The notes under the pieces: generated by a model
The model's input: the letters and a program-made list of their open reading frames with translations, nothing else
Database searches by the model: none
What the model was told of the DNA's origin: nothing
Made by a program: the position numbers and the translations under genes
In this document: piece after piece, positions 8,582 through 16,970 of the stretch
How positions within the stretch are numbered: position 1 is the first letter of the stretch
Layout of the letters: each line of letters begins with the position of its first letter
Assembly (NCBI GenBank): GCA_045636245.1
Contig: JAZTXA010000146.1
Span: 1 to 36,958 of the forward strand
Length of the DNA: 36,958 nucleotides
Reading direction: 5' to 3'
DNA from: Eubacteriales bacterium
Lineage (GTDB): Bacteria; Bacillota; Clostridia; Oscillospirales; CAG-272

Positions 8582-9175
8582 ATCACATTTTTGTTTTTTT
8601 AAATTCCTTATAAACTCATCACTTATTATTGCGCTTGTATGAATTGAGGTGTATTTGCCCTTTATGTACATACTTGACCTTGCACAGCCTTCATATGTCA
8701 TACCGCATTTTTCCATAACACGCAGACTTGCATGGTTTCCGTCCATGCAGCGTGCGTAGATTCGGTGTAAATTAAGTGTCAGAAAGCCTGTTTTTATGAC
8801 TTCGGTAAGCGCTTCCGATGCATATCCGCGTCCTGAATAAACGGGATTTATAACATATCCTACCTCACCTGCGTTGTTGTTTTCATCAAATGATGTAAAA
8901 CCGCACGTGCCTATCATTTTGTTTGATTCTTTCAGAGTGACAGCCCAATCGTAAAACTCACCGTCGCTGTATTGATCCTGCACAAGATGAAGATATCTCT
9001 TTGTGTATTCGGCATCGGGGTGCGCGCGCCATGTAAGAAATTTTGTCACCGATTCAAGCTTTGCGTATTCAAACATATCGGGAAAATCCGCAGGCTTTAT
9101 TTTTCGAAGTATAAGATGTTCTGTTTCGAGTGTTGGTATCCGCTTGAAATATTTTCTCAATATAGTTTTTTCCAT
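8579..9175 (-). CDS. GNAT family N-acetyltransferase (RimJ/RimL-like)
   Basis: ORF trimmed to MEKTILRKYF. TERLILRKIKPADF-type N-terminus, and GTCGF...GEVGYVINPVYSGRGYASEA acetyl-CoA motif. Confidence 0.8.
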   Translation of the reverse strand: MEKTILRKYFKRIPTLETEHLILRKIKPADFPDMFEYAKLESVTKFLTWRAHPDAEYTKRYLHLVQDQYSDGEFYDWAVTLKESNKMIGTCGFTSFDENNNAGEVGYVINPVYSGRGYASEALTEVIKTGFLTLNLHRIYARCMDGNHASLRVMEKCGMTYEGCARSSMYIKGKYTSIHTSAIISDEFIRNLKKQKCD

Positions 9176-9352
9176 TGACAATACACTTTCCGTAAATTTA
9201 AATTGTATATATATTATACTCACAACTGCTAAAAAAGTAAATACATGAGTCGAATTTTTAAAAAGAAAACGCGATTTTTTATTTTTAAATAAAAAAGTTA
9301 CAAAACGTTAAGAAAAAAATATTCGTCAAAAGGTAGAAAAAGAAGTGCTTGA

Positions 9353-9371
9353 ATTGTGCAAATTGCACAAT
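9353..9371. promoter_or_regulatory. 19-bp perfect palindrome (candidate operator)
   Basis: ATTGTGCAA-a-TTGCACAAT with 9-bp arms, in the AT-rich spacer between the GNAT gene and the ABC operon. Confidence 0.35.
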
Positions 9372-9415
9372 CGCGATATTTATTTTATTTAAGATGTTAA
9401 TTTGCTCGCCTTCAA

Positions 9416-9566
9416 ACATGGTAAATAAAATTCACCACGTAACTATAATTGCCAGAAAAGTAAAATATATTTTTTGAGTTTTGGTGTAAAAATTCAATGA
9501 TTGTTAACACATGGTGTGATATTTGTCTTGCTGTTTTCTATGCGAGGTGAATTTTATTTACCACAT
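9416..9566. repeat. MITE-like element: perfect 17-bp terminal inverted repeats flanking 109 bp
   Basis: GGTAAATAAAATTCACC (9420-9436) and GGTGAATTTTATTTACC (9546-9562) are exact reverse complements. ACAT directly flanks both ends (9416-9419 and 9563-9566). Confidence 0.45.
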
Positions 9567-9583
9567 TTGAGAGTGTGTGGATT

Positions 9584-9637
9584 TTTGTGGCATAAACGTG
9601 CTTTTTGTGTGTACAAAATATAAGTAAATGCCACAAA
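9584..9637. repeat. 10-bp inverted repeat
   Basis: TTTGTGGCAT (9584-9593) and ATGCCACAAA (9628-9637), separated by 34 bp that contain TTTGTGTGTACAAA. Confidence 0.4.
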
Positions 9638-9699
9638 TAAACTTGGAAAAATTTGCATTTTTATAAAGAATCGAATGTGTTTGCAGAGTATGGCTGCAC

Positions 9700-9728
9700 T
9701 TGACAACTGTGCGAATATATGTTATTAT
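9700..9728 (+). promoter_or_regulatory. Sigma-A-type promoter of the seven-gene ABC operon
   Basis: TTGACA (9700-9705), a 17-nt spacer, then TATTAT (9723-9728). Confidence 0.55.
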
Positions 9729-9740
9729 TATTTATAAATA

Positions 9741-9754
9741 TGAAATCGGTTAAA
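9741..9754 (+). promoter_or_regulatory. Candidate cre (CcpA) site
   Basis: TGAAATCGGTTAAA fits TGWAANCGNTNWCA except for position 13. It lies just downstream of the predicted -10. Confidence 0.35.
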
Positions 9755-9842
9755 TGGAGAATCGCTCGGATTGTGTCGGTTTTTTGTTTATACCTGCAAG
9801 TTTTTACTTGTTTTCAGTTAATTTTCACAGGAGGAACACCCA

Positions 9843-12800
9843 ATGAGAAAATCAAAATTGTCAAGAGCTTTGATTGTTTTTCTCGCCCTGTTGACGGCCA
9901 TATCGCCCGTGGGCATCAGTGCAGCGGAAGGTACATCCACTACGACAAGTATTGAAGATGTACGTGAGTTGCTTGAAGCACAGACGTATTATGACTATCT
10001 CCAGGAGAACAACAACCTCGGAATTACCGATGGCGAGGGTTCTGTAACCGTTAAGGCGGCAGAAGGCTTCACTTTCGAAAAGGATGAGGAATACGGTAAG
10101 GAGGACGATATTGCGAAGGTCGTGACCGACCCTGACGGCGAAAAGGGCGATGTCCTTTACGTTCCGCAGACGGGTACGGTTTCATGGAATATATCGATTC
10201 CCAAGACCGGTTATTACATTGTTAAGCTTACGTACAGACCCGTTGAAAACGATTCCGGCTCTGCGAACACTTCTACTATTGAACGCGTCCTCAGAATAGA
10301 CGGCAAGGTTCCCTTTAAGGAAGCCAACTATTTTGAAATGACACGTGCATTTAAAGATGTTTACACAGAACAGGATGAAAACGGAAGTCCTGCGTTCAAG
10401 CTTGACTTCAACGGCAACGACAAGAAGCCCGAGAAGAAGCAGGTTTATATGTGGAGCGAATACAGCCTTTGCGATTCCGCAGGCTTCCACGTAGATCCGT
10501 TTAAGTTCGTTTTTGAGGCTGGTGAACATACCATCGCCTTGGAAGCTACGATGAACGACATGTATCTGTATGATATCACGGTTGAAAAAGCGGAAACGCG
10601 TATTTCATACGAAAAATACGTTGCACAGTATGCGAACCTTCCCGCGGTCGATTCGTCGGTTGCGTATAAGATCCAGGCAGAGTACCCCATACATGCTTCC
10701 GATCTTACAATATACGCTCTCAACGACAGAACATCGCCTATAACAGAGCCGCAGGATCCTGCAAAGCAGAAGCTGAACACTATCGGCGGAAGCAAATGGC
10801 AGAACATCGGTCAGTGGATAGAATGGACGATTCCCGCATCCGCAATAACACAGTCGGGACTTTACAACATAATCCCCCGTTATCTGCAGAACACATTGGC
10901 AGGTCTTTACGTTTCAAGACGTATATTCATTAACGGCGAGATACCGTTTGAAGAAGCAAGTTACTTGCAGTTCAACTATGCCGATGACTGGGCAACAGCT
11001 CCCCTCAACAACGGTGAGGAAGAGTTCAAGTTCTATCTTGAGGCAAACAAAGAATACACAATCCGACTTGAAGTAGTTTACGGTAATTTGTCAGATGCGC
11101 TTCGCCGTTGCGAAACATCGCTGACAAACATGAACGAAATATATAACTCCATATTGAGAATTACAGGTCCTACACCTGACGAAAATATGGACTACGGTTT
11201 CGCAGAACAGATATACGACACGATCATTCTCATGCAGGAAACAAGAGATGAGCTTCAGTCGATTGTTGATATGTTCCTTGAAATCTCGGAAGGTAAATCC
11301 GCAGAGAACATAGCAACACTTGAAAAGATTATATTTATCCTTAATAAGATGTGTACAGATGAGGATGAGATCGCGAAGAACCTTGAAAACCTCAAGGTAA
11401 ACTCCGGTACGCTCGGTACATGGATAATGAACACTAAGCTTCAGCCTCTTACACTTGACTATTTGCTCGTTCAGGCTGCAGATGCAGAGGTTCCCGAAGC
11501 AAATGCGACATTCTGGCAGAGCCTTTGGTTTGAAATCAGTTCATTTTTCCAGAGCTTCTTCACAGACTATAACTCACTCGGTGCATCTGAGCAGATCGAT
11601 GAAGAAAACGTAGTTGAAGTCTGGATCGCAACGAGCCGTGACGAAGCGCAGGTTATGCGTGAGCTTGTTGACAAGGACTGTCCCGTAACTGTAAACCTTA
11701 AGCTTGTTGCAGGCGGTACGCTTCTTCCCGCGACACTTGCGGGAACAGGTCCCGATATTTCATTGGCAACAGGTCAGTCTGACGTTATCAACTACGCTAT
11801 CCGTAGTGCGATTGAACCGTTGTCACAGTTTGATGACTACTTTGATTATGTTGGTAACACAAACCGTTTCAATCCTGAAACGCTTGTAGGTTTGAGACTT
11901 CAGAATCCCGAAGTTACAGATGAAAACGATCCTCATTACTATGACTATTACGGTGTTCCGGAACGTCTTGGCTTCGTTATGATGTTCTACCGTAAGGACA
12001 TCTTTGCAGAGCTTGATATCGAAGTTCCGAGAACATGGGATGACCTTTATGAGATCGTTCCCGACCTTCAGACAAACTACCGTGATGTCGGTATGGCATC
12101 CAGCCTTGGCGGTCTTCAGATATTTATGTATCAGCTTGATGAAGACCTCTACAAGGAAAACGGTATGAGAATCAATATAGATTCCAATACGTCACTCGAT
12201 TGCTTCAAGAAGCTTTGTGACCTCTTCACATCTTATAACTTCCCCAGAGTATATGACCTTGCAACATACTTCAGAATGGGTGAAATGCCCATCGCTGTTG
12301 CGGATTATCTTACATACAACCACTTCTCGATCTATGCTACGGAAATCAAGGGCTTGTGGGAATTCGTTCCGCTTCCCGGTACGATAGATCCCGAAACAGG
12401 TGAGCTTAACAACTCCGTTCCTTGTTCTGTTTCGGCAGTTATTCTTATGGCTGACGAAAACAGATCCGAAAAGGTAAGAAACGATGCTTGGGAATTCATC
12501 AAGTGGTGGACAGATGCTCCTGCACAGAGTGAATATGCAAGACAGTATGAGGCGCTGATCGGTATGGCTGCTAAGTACAACACAGCTAACATGGAAGCGC
12601 TCAGAAGTATGCCTTGGACATCTTCCGAAATGAAGAACCTTGAGGCACAGTTCCAGAACCTTAAAGGTACTCCTGAATATCCCGGCGGTTACATCATAAC
12701 ACGTTACGTTGACTTTGCATTCCTTGATGCTTACAACAACGGTACTGATCCCGTTGATGCACTGCTTGACAATGTTGTTAATATCAACAGTGAGCTTTCA

Positions 12801-12857
12801 AGAAAGAGACAGGAATTCGGTCTGCCGATATACGAGGAAGTATACGGAAATGAATAA
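9843..12857 (+). CDS. Giant extracellular solute-binding protein: signal peptide, two CBM-like beta-sandwich modules, a helical linker and a family-1 ABC substrate-binding domain
   Basis: 1004 aa. The signal peptide MRKSKLSRALIVFLALLTAISPVGISAAEG has no lipobox Cys. There is an internal duplication: GTVSWNISIPKTGYYIVKLTY...RIDGKVPFKEANYF...FKFVFEAGEHTIALEA versus GQWIEWTIP...SGLYNIIPRY...FINGEIPFEEASYL...FKFYLEANKEYTIRLEV. The C-terminal roughly 420 aa is SBP-like (VEVWIATSRDE, GTGPDISL, TWDDLYEIVPDL, AWEFIKWW). Confidence 0.75.
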   Translation: MRKSKLSRALIVFLALLTAISPVGISAAEGTSTTTSIEDVRELLEAQTYYDYLQENNNLGITDGEGSVTVKAAEGFTFEKDEEYGKEDDIAKVVTDPDGEKGDVLYVPQTGTVSWNISIPKTGYYIVKLTYRPVENDSGSANTSTIERVLRIDGKVPFKEANYFEMTRAFKDVYTEQDENGSPAFKLDFNGNDKKPEKKQVYMWSEYSLCDSAGFHVDPFKFVFEAGEHTIALEATMNDMYLYDITVEKAETRISYEKYVAQYANLPAVDSSVAYKIQAEYPIHASDLTIYALNDRTSPITEPQDPAKQKLNTIGGSKWQNIGQWIEWTIPASAITQSGLYNIIPRYLQNTLAGLYVSRRIFINGEIPFEEASYLQFNYADDWATAPLNNGEEEFKFYLEANKEYTIRLEVVYGNLSDALRRCETSLTNMNEIYNSILRITGPTPDENMDYGFAEQIYDTIILMQETRDELQSIVDMFLEISEGKSAENIATLEKIIFILNKMCTDEDEIAKNLENLKVNSGTLGTWIMNTKLQPLTLDYLLVQAADAEVPEANATFWQSLWFEISSFFQSFFTDYNSLGASEQIDEENVVEVWIATSRDEAQVMRELVDKDCPVTVNLKLVAGGTLLPATLAGTGPDISLATGQSDVINYAIRSAIEPLSQFDDYFDYVGNTNRFNPETLVGLRLQNPEVTDENDPHYYDYYGVPERLGFVMMFYRKDIFAELDIEVPRTWDDLYEIVPDLQTNYRDVGMASSLGGLQIFMYQLDEDLYKENGMRINIDSNTSLDCFKKLCDLFTSYNFPRVYDLATYFRMGEMPIAVADYLTYNHFSIYATEIKGLWEFVPLPGTIDPETGELNNSVPCSVSAVILMADENRSEKVRNDAWEFIKWWTDAPAQSEYARQYEALIGMAAKYNTANMEALRSMPWTSSEMKNLEAQFQNLKGTPEYPGGYIITRYVDFAFLDAYNNGTDPVDALLDNVVNINSELSRKRQEFGLPIYEEVYGNE

Positions 12858-12956
12858 ACCGTTGTCACACCGCCCGGTCCTCGGCGGCTCGGCGATGTGA
12901 TGATATAATAGAAAAAAGATATTCATTATATAATTCTAATATAGGAGAGTACACAC

Positions 12957-13916
12957 ATGTCACAAAATACGGCAGTTAAAACCGAGAGTGTAAAGCCGGT
13001 ATCGCGTAAAGATATGTCGAAATTGCAGTGGACATGGAAAGAAATGAAGAAACACAAAATGGGCTATGTAATGATTGCTCCGTTCTTCATTCTGTTCTTT
13101 ATCTTTACTGTGGTTCCCGTTCTTTTGTCGCTGGTGCTCAGCTTTACGTCCTTCAACTTGCTTGAATGGCCTAAATGGTTGGGTTTTGACAACTACTTAA
13201 GATTATTCCTTGATGACGATATATTCCTTACAGCAGTTAAGAATACACTTATATTCGCTATTGTTACAGGTCCTGTATCGTACATAATGTCACTTTTCGT
13301 TGCGTGGTTTATCAATGAGCTTTCACCGAAGGTAAGAGCTTTGGTAACACTTATATTCTACGCACCGAGTATATCGGGTGCGATGTATTCAATCTTTGCG
13401 ATCTTCTTCTCCTCCGACCGTTACGGATACGTTAACGCAATTCTCATTTCACTCAATATCAGAACAGAACCGATACAGTTCTTCCAGGATGCAGCATACG
13501 TTATGCCTTTGTGTATAGTTGTTGCGCTCTGGACATCGCTTGGTGTTACGTTCCTTTCGTTTATCGCCGGTCTTCAGACGATTGATAACAGCCTTTATGA
13601 AGCAGGCGCGATTGACGGTATACGTAACAGATGGCAGGAGCTTTGGTATATCACGCTTCCCACGATGCGTCCTCAGCTTTTGTTCGGTGCCGTTATGGCT
13701 ATCACGGGCGCATTCGGCTTCGGCGGTATAGTTACCGCTTTGGCAGGCTTCCCGTCTGTTGACTACTGCGCACACACGATCATGCACCACCTTGAAGACT
13801 ACGGCGGTCAGCGTTTCGAGGTTGGTTATTCATCTGCAATTGCAACGATATTGTTCTTGATGATGATCGGTTCAAATATGCTTATTCAGAAATTACTCTC
13901 GAAGGTGGGCGAATAA
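12957..13916 (+). CDS. Carbohydrate ABC transporter permease (MalF/UgpA-like), pair 1
   Basis: 319 aa with 6 TM segments. EAA loop LYEAGAIDGIRNRWQELWYITLP. Confidence 0.9.
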   Translation: MSQNTAVKTESVKPVSRKDMSKLQWTWKEMKKHKMGYVMIAPFFILFFIFTVVPVLLSLVLSFTSFNLLEWPKWLGFDNYLRLFLDDDIFLTAVKNTLIFAIVTGPVSYIMSLFVAWFINELSPKVRALVTLIFYAPSISGAMYSIFAIFFSSDRYGYVNAILISLNIRTEPIQFFQDAAYVMPLCIVVALWTSLGVTFLSFIAGLQTIDNSLYEAGAIDGIRNRWQELWYITLPTMRPQLLFGAVMAITGAFGFGGIVTALAGFPSVDYCAHTIMHHLEDYGGQRFEVGYSSAIATILFLMMIGSNMLIQKLLSKVGE

Positions 13917-13917
13917 T

Positions 13918-14793
13918 ATGGCTAAGAAGTTAAGAGTTCGTAATCATAAAGTCGTCCTCAACCGCTCCGCCGGCGGTGACGCGGGTATCACATTAATGCT
14001 TATCATCCTCGGCGCGATGATGTTTTTGCCCATGTACTTTGCGGTAATGCAGTCGTTCAAGCCTCTTGATGAGCTTTGGATATTCCCTCCGAAATTCTAC
14101 GTTATCAACCCCACGCTTAAAAACTACTCCGACCTGTTCAAGTTGATGAGTACATCTTGGGTTCCTTTCTCCCGTTACATATTCAACACCGTTCTTATTA
14201 CGGTTTGCGGTACATTCGGTAACCTGGCACTTGGTTCTCTTGCAGCTTATGCGCTTGCAAAGATCCCGTTCCCGGGCAGAAACGGTATGTTCAAGATGGT
14301 CGTCCTCTCCCTCATGTTCGTGTCTACGATCACGGGTGTTGCGAACTTCATCACAATGAGATTCCTCGGACTTATCGACAACATTTTGGCGATAATTATC
14401 CCTGCATTCTGCTCAACTCTTGGTCTTTACCTTATGAAGCAGTTTATGGAATCTTCAGTATCTGACCAGGTTCTTGAATCTGCACGTCTTGACGGCGCAG
14501 GTGAATTTAAAGTATTCTGGACAATAGCAATGCCGATGGTTAAGCCCGCTTGGCTTACACTTATCGTGTACTCCTTCCAGGGACTCTGGAACACAGGTTC
14601 TTCTATCTATATTCAGAGTGAACAGTGGAAGACATTCAACTATGCTATTAACCAGATTTTGTCGGCAGGTATTGTCCGTGCCGGCGCAAGTACGGCGGCG
14701 ATGGTTATCATGATGATCGTCCCCGTTACGGTATTTGTCATCACACAGAGTAACATTATTGAAACGATGGGTACATCGGGTATGAAGGATTAA
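13918..14793 (+). CDS. Carbohydrate ABC transporter permease (MalG/UgpE-like), pair 1
   Basis: 291 aa. EAA loop LESARLDGAGEFKVFWTIAMP. The gap to the upstream gene is 1 nt. Confidence 0.9.
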   Translation: MAKKLRVRNHKVVLNRSAGGDAGITLMLIILGAMMFLPMYFAVMQSFKPLDELWIFPPKFYVINPTLKNYSDLFKLMSTSWVPFSRYIFNTVLITVCGTFGNLALGSLAAYALAKIPFPGRNGMFKMVVLSLMFVSTITGVANFITMRFLGLIDNILAIIIPAFCSTLGLYLMKQFMESSVSDQVLESARLDGAGEFKVFWTIAMPMVKPAWLTLIVYSFQGLWNTGSSIYIQSEQWKTFNYAINQILSAGIVRAGASTAAMVIMMIVPVTVFVITQSNIIETMGTSGMKD

Positions 14794-14802
14794 GGAGGAA
14801 AT

Positions 14803-16953
14803 ATGAAAAAAATACTTTTCAGAACACTTACTGTCCTTTTAGGTGTACTTACGGTGCTTTCGCCTATCACGGCGTCTGCGTATTATTCTTATCAGACATA
14901 TACCTATTCACTTGAAGGGTACCCGATGAATTCTCCCGACGCATACGTTCCGTCGGAGATCGTCGACAGTGATTCTATGGGACTTGTCGTTGACATTGAC
15001 GACCCCAAGGATATTACGGTAGACAGCGATAATAATGTGTATATCGCAGATGCTACAAATCACAGAATCGTTGTTCTTAACAACCGCTTTAAGCAGAGAT
15101 TTATAATCGATGAGTTTGTTAACGAACACGGCGTAAAAGATGCGCTTACAAACCCCAACGGTGTGTTTGTTACAGACGAAAAAATTTATGTTGCCGATAC
15201 GGACAACAGCCGTATTGTTGTGTTCGACAAGGAAGGCGAATTTCTTGAGATAATCGGCAAGCCTATTTCAAAGGAAATCAGTGTTGATGACCTTTACAGA
15301 CCTATTGCACTTGCAGTTGATGCCGCGGGCCGTATGTACATTGTTTCTTCAACGACATACAGAGGTATTATTGCAATCAACAAGGAAGGTAACTTCCAGG
15401 GCTTTATAGGTGCACAGAAATCCTCCCTCAGTGCGTGGGAGATCTTCTGGAGAAAGTTCCAGACAGAGGAACAGAGAAAATACTCCGATACAGTCGTATC
15501 AACTGAGTATAACAATATAACCATCGACGATATGGGACTTATTTACGTTACCACATCCTCCATCGACGAAGGTGCACAGCAGAACGCAATTAAAAGTAAG
15601 GATAAATCCGGTGACTACGCTCCTGTCAAGAAGCTTAACACAGCCGGTGACGAGATACTTGACCGTAACGGCTTCTGGCCTCCGTCAGGTGAAGTAGAGG
15701 TCAATGATCAGAATATGACCACAAGCTCATCGTCAATTACAGGTCCTTCCAAGATCATTGACGTTGCACTTGGTCCGGAAGGTACATGGAGCATCATCGA
15801 CGAAAAGAGAAACAAGGTCTTCACATATGATGAAGAAGGACGTTTGCTTTTCGTATTCGGTGACCAGGGTACACAGCTCGGTAACCTTCAGAGCATTCAG
15901 GCTATCACCTATATGGGCGATGATATGTTGCTTCTCGACAAGACTGCTGATAATATCACAGTTATGAAGCGTACCGACTACGGTGATACACTTATCAATG
16001 CTATCAAGAATCAGCGTGAGCGCCGCTATGACGAGGCTGAAGCTGACTGGCTTGAAATTTTGAAGCGTAACAATAACTTTGATGCAGCTTATGTAGGACT
16101 TGGCAGAGCGTACTACCGTGACGGTAAGTATGAAGATGCTATGGATATGTATAAGTTTGCATACGATACTGAGAACTATTCAACGGCGTTTAAGTATTAC
16201 AGACAGGAATGGGTTGCAAAATATGCCCTTGTTGTTCCGATAGTTGTGGTGGTTATCGCAATTGCTGTATATTACTTCTTCACCTATGCCGGAAAAAAGA
16301 ACAAAGAGGTTGCGACAAGACCCGACGGTTCAAGAACCTTCTGGGAAGAGATTCTCTACGGTATGCATGTAATAATGCACCCGTTTGATGGTTTCTGGGA
16401 TTTGAAATACGAAAGACGAGGTTCTGTAAGAGGCGCTATCGTATACATTATATTGGCAATAGCGGCCTTCACATACAACGGTATCGGTTCTGCATACTTG
16501 TTCAATCCTCAGGGCGAATATATAAGCGTATTCGGTCAGATCATTTCGATCCTTGTTCCGCTTTTCCTGTGGTGTCTTGCAAACTGGTGTCTTACAACGC
16601 TGTTTGAAGGTGAGGGAAGCTTTAAAGATATCTTCATCGCATCTTCTTATGCGCTTGCACCTATACCGCTTTTGATGATACCCGCAACACTTTTGACAAA
16701 CATATTCACACTTAACGAATCGCAGATCATCACACTTCTCACATCCATTATGTGGATTTGGGTAGGTTTGCTTATATTCTTCGGTTCGATGATAACACAC
16801 GACTATTCACTCGGAAAGAACCTTATAATCAGTATCAGTACAATAGTTGGTATGGCGGCAATCATGTTTATTGCATTGTTGTTCTCCAGCTTGATGTCCA
16901 AGATCATAAGCTTTATCACGAGTATCGTGGTCGAAATTTCGTACAGAATGTAG
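14803..16953 (+). CDS. Signal peptide + NHL-repeat beta-propeller + TPR-like segment + C-terminal Yip1-type polytopic membrane domain
   Basis: 716 aa. Signal peptide ...LSPITASA. NHL-type blades: VYIADATNHRIVVLN, IYVADTDNSRIVVFDKEGEF, MYIVSSTTYRGIIAINKEGNF and KVFTYDEEGRLLFVFG. TPR-like segment: YDEAEADWLEILKRNNNFDAAYVGLGRAYYRDGKYEDAMDMY. TM segment ALVVPIVVVVIAIAVYYFF, then a K/R-rich loop and about 5 further TM segments (Yip1-like). Confidence 0.65.
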   Translation: MKKILFRTLTVLLGVLTVLSPITASAYYSYQTYTYSLEGYPMNSPDAYVPSEIVDSDSMGLVVDIDDPKDITVDSDNNVYIADATNHRIVVLNNRFKQRFIIDEFVNEHGVKDALTNPNGVFVTDEKIYVADTDNSRIVVFDKEGEFLEIIGKPISKEISVDDLYRPIALAVDAAGRMYIVSSTTYRGIIAINKEGNFQGFIGAQKSSLSAWEIFWRKFQTEEQRKYSDTVVSTEYNNITIDDMGLIYVTTSSIDEGAQQNAIKSKDKSGDYAPVKKLNTAGDEILDRNGFWPPSGEVEVNDQNMTTSSSSITGPSKIIDVALGPEGTWSIIDEKRNKVFTYDEEGRLLFVFGDQGTQLGNLQSIQAITYMGDDMLLLDKTADNITVMKRTDYGDTLINAIKNQRERRYDEAEADWLEILKRNNNFDAAYVGLGRAYYRDGKYEDAMDMYKFAYDTENYSTAFKYYRQEWVAKYALVVPIVVVVIAIAVYYFFTYAGKKNKEVATRPDGSRTFWEEILYGMHVIMHPFDGFWDLKYERRGSVRGAIVYIILAIAAFTYNGIGSAYLFNPQGEYISVFGQIISILVPLFLWCLANWCLTTLFEGEGSFKDIFIASSYALAPIPLLMIPATLLTNIFTLNESQIITLLTSIMWIWVGLLIFFGSMITHDYSLGKNLIISISTIVGMAAIMFIALLFSSLMSKIISFITSIVVEISYRM

Positions 16954-16970
16954 TAAGGAGGTAAATTATA

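Noticed and set aside
6228-9175. The Lhr-like helicase plus adjacent GNAT considered as a possible defence island.
   Set aside because: There are no nuclease, methylase, toxin or mobile-element genes nearby. The two genes are convergent, with terminators between them. The helicase has ordinary Lhr-type motifs typical of a housekeeping repair helicase.
9719-9955. 78-aa ORF overlapping the operon promoter and the start of the binding-protein gene.
   Set aside because: It starts inside the -10 region, has no RBS, and is out of frame with the strongly supported 9843 start (GGAGG RBS plus signal peptide).
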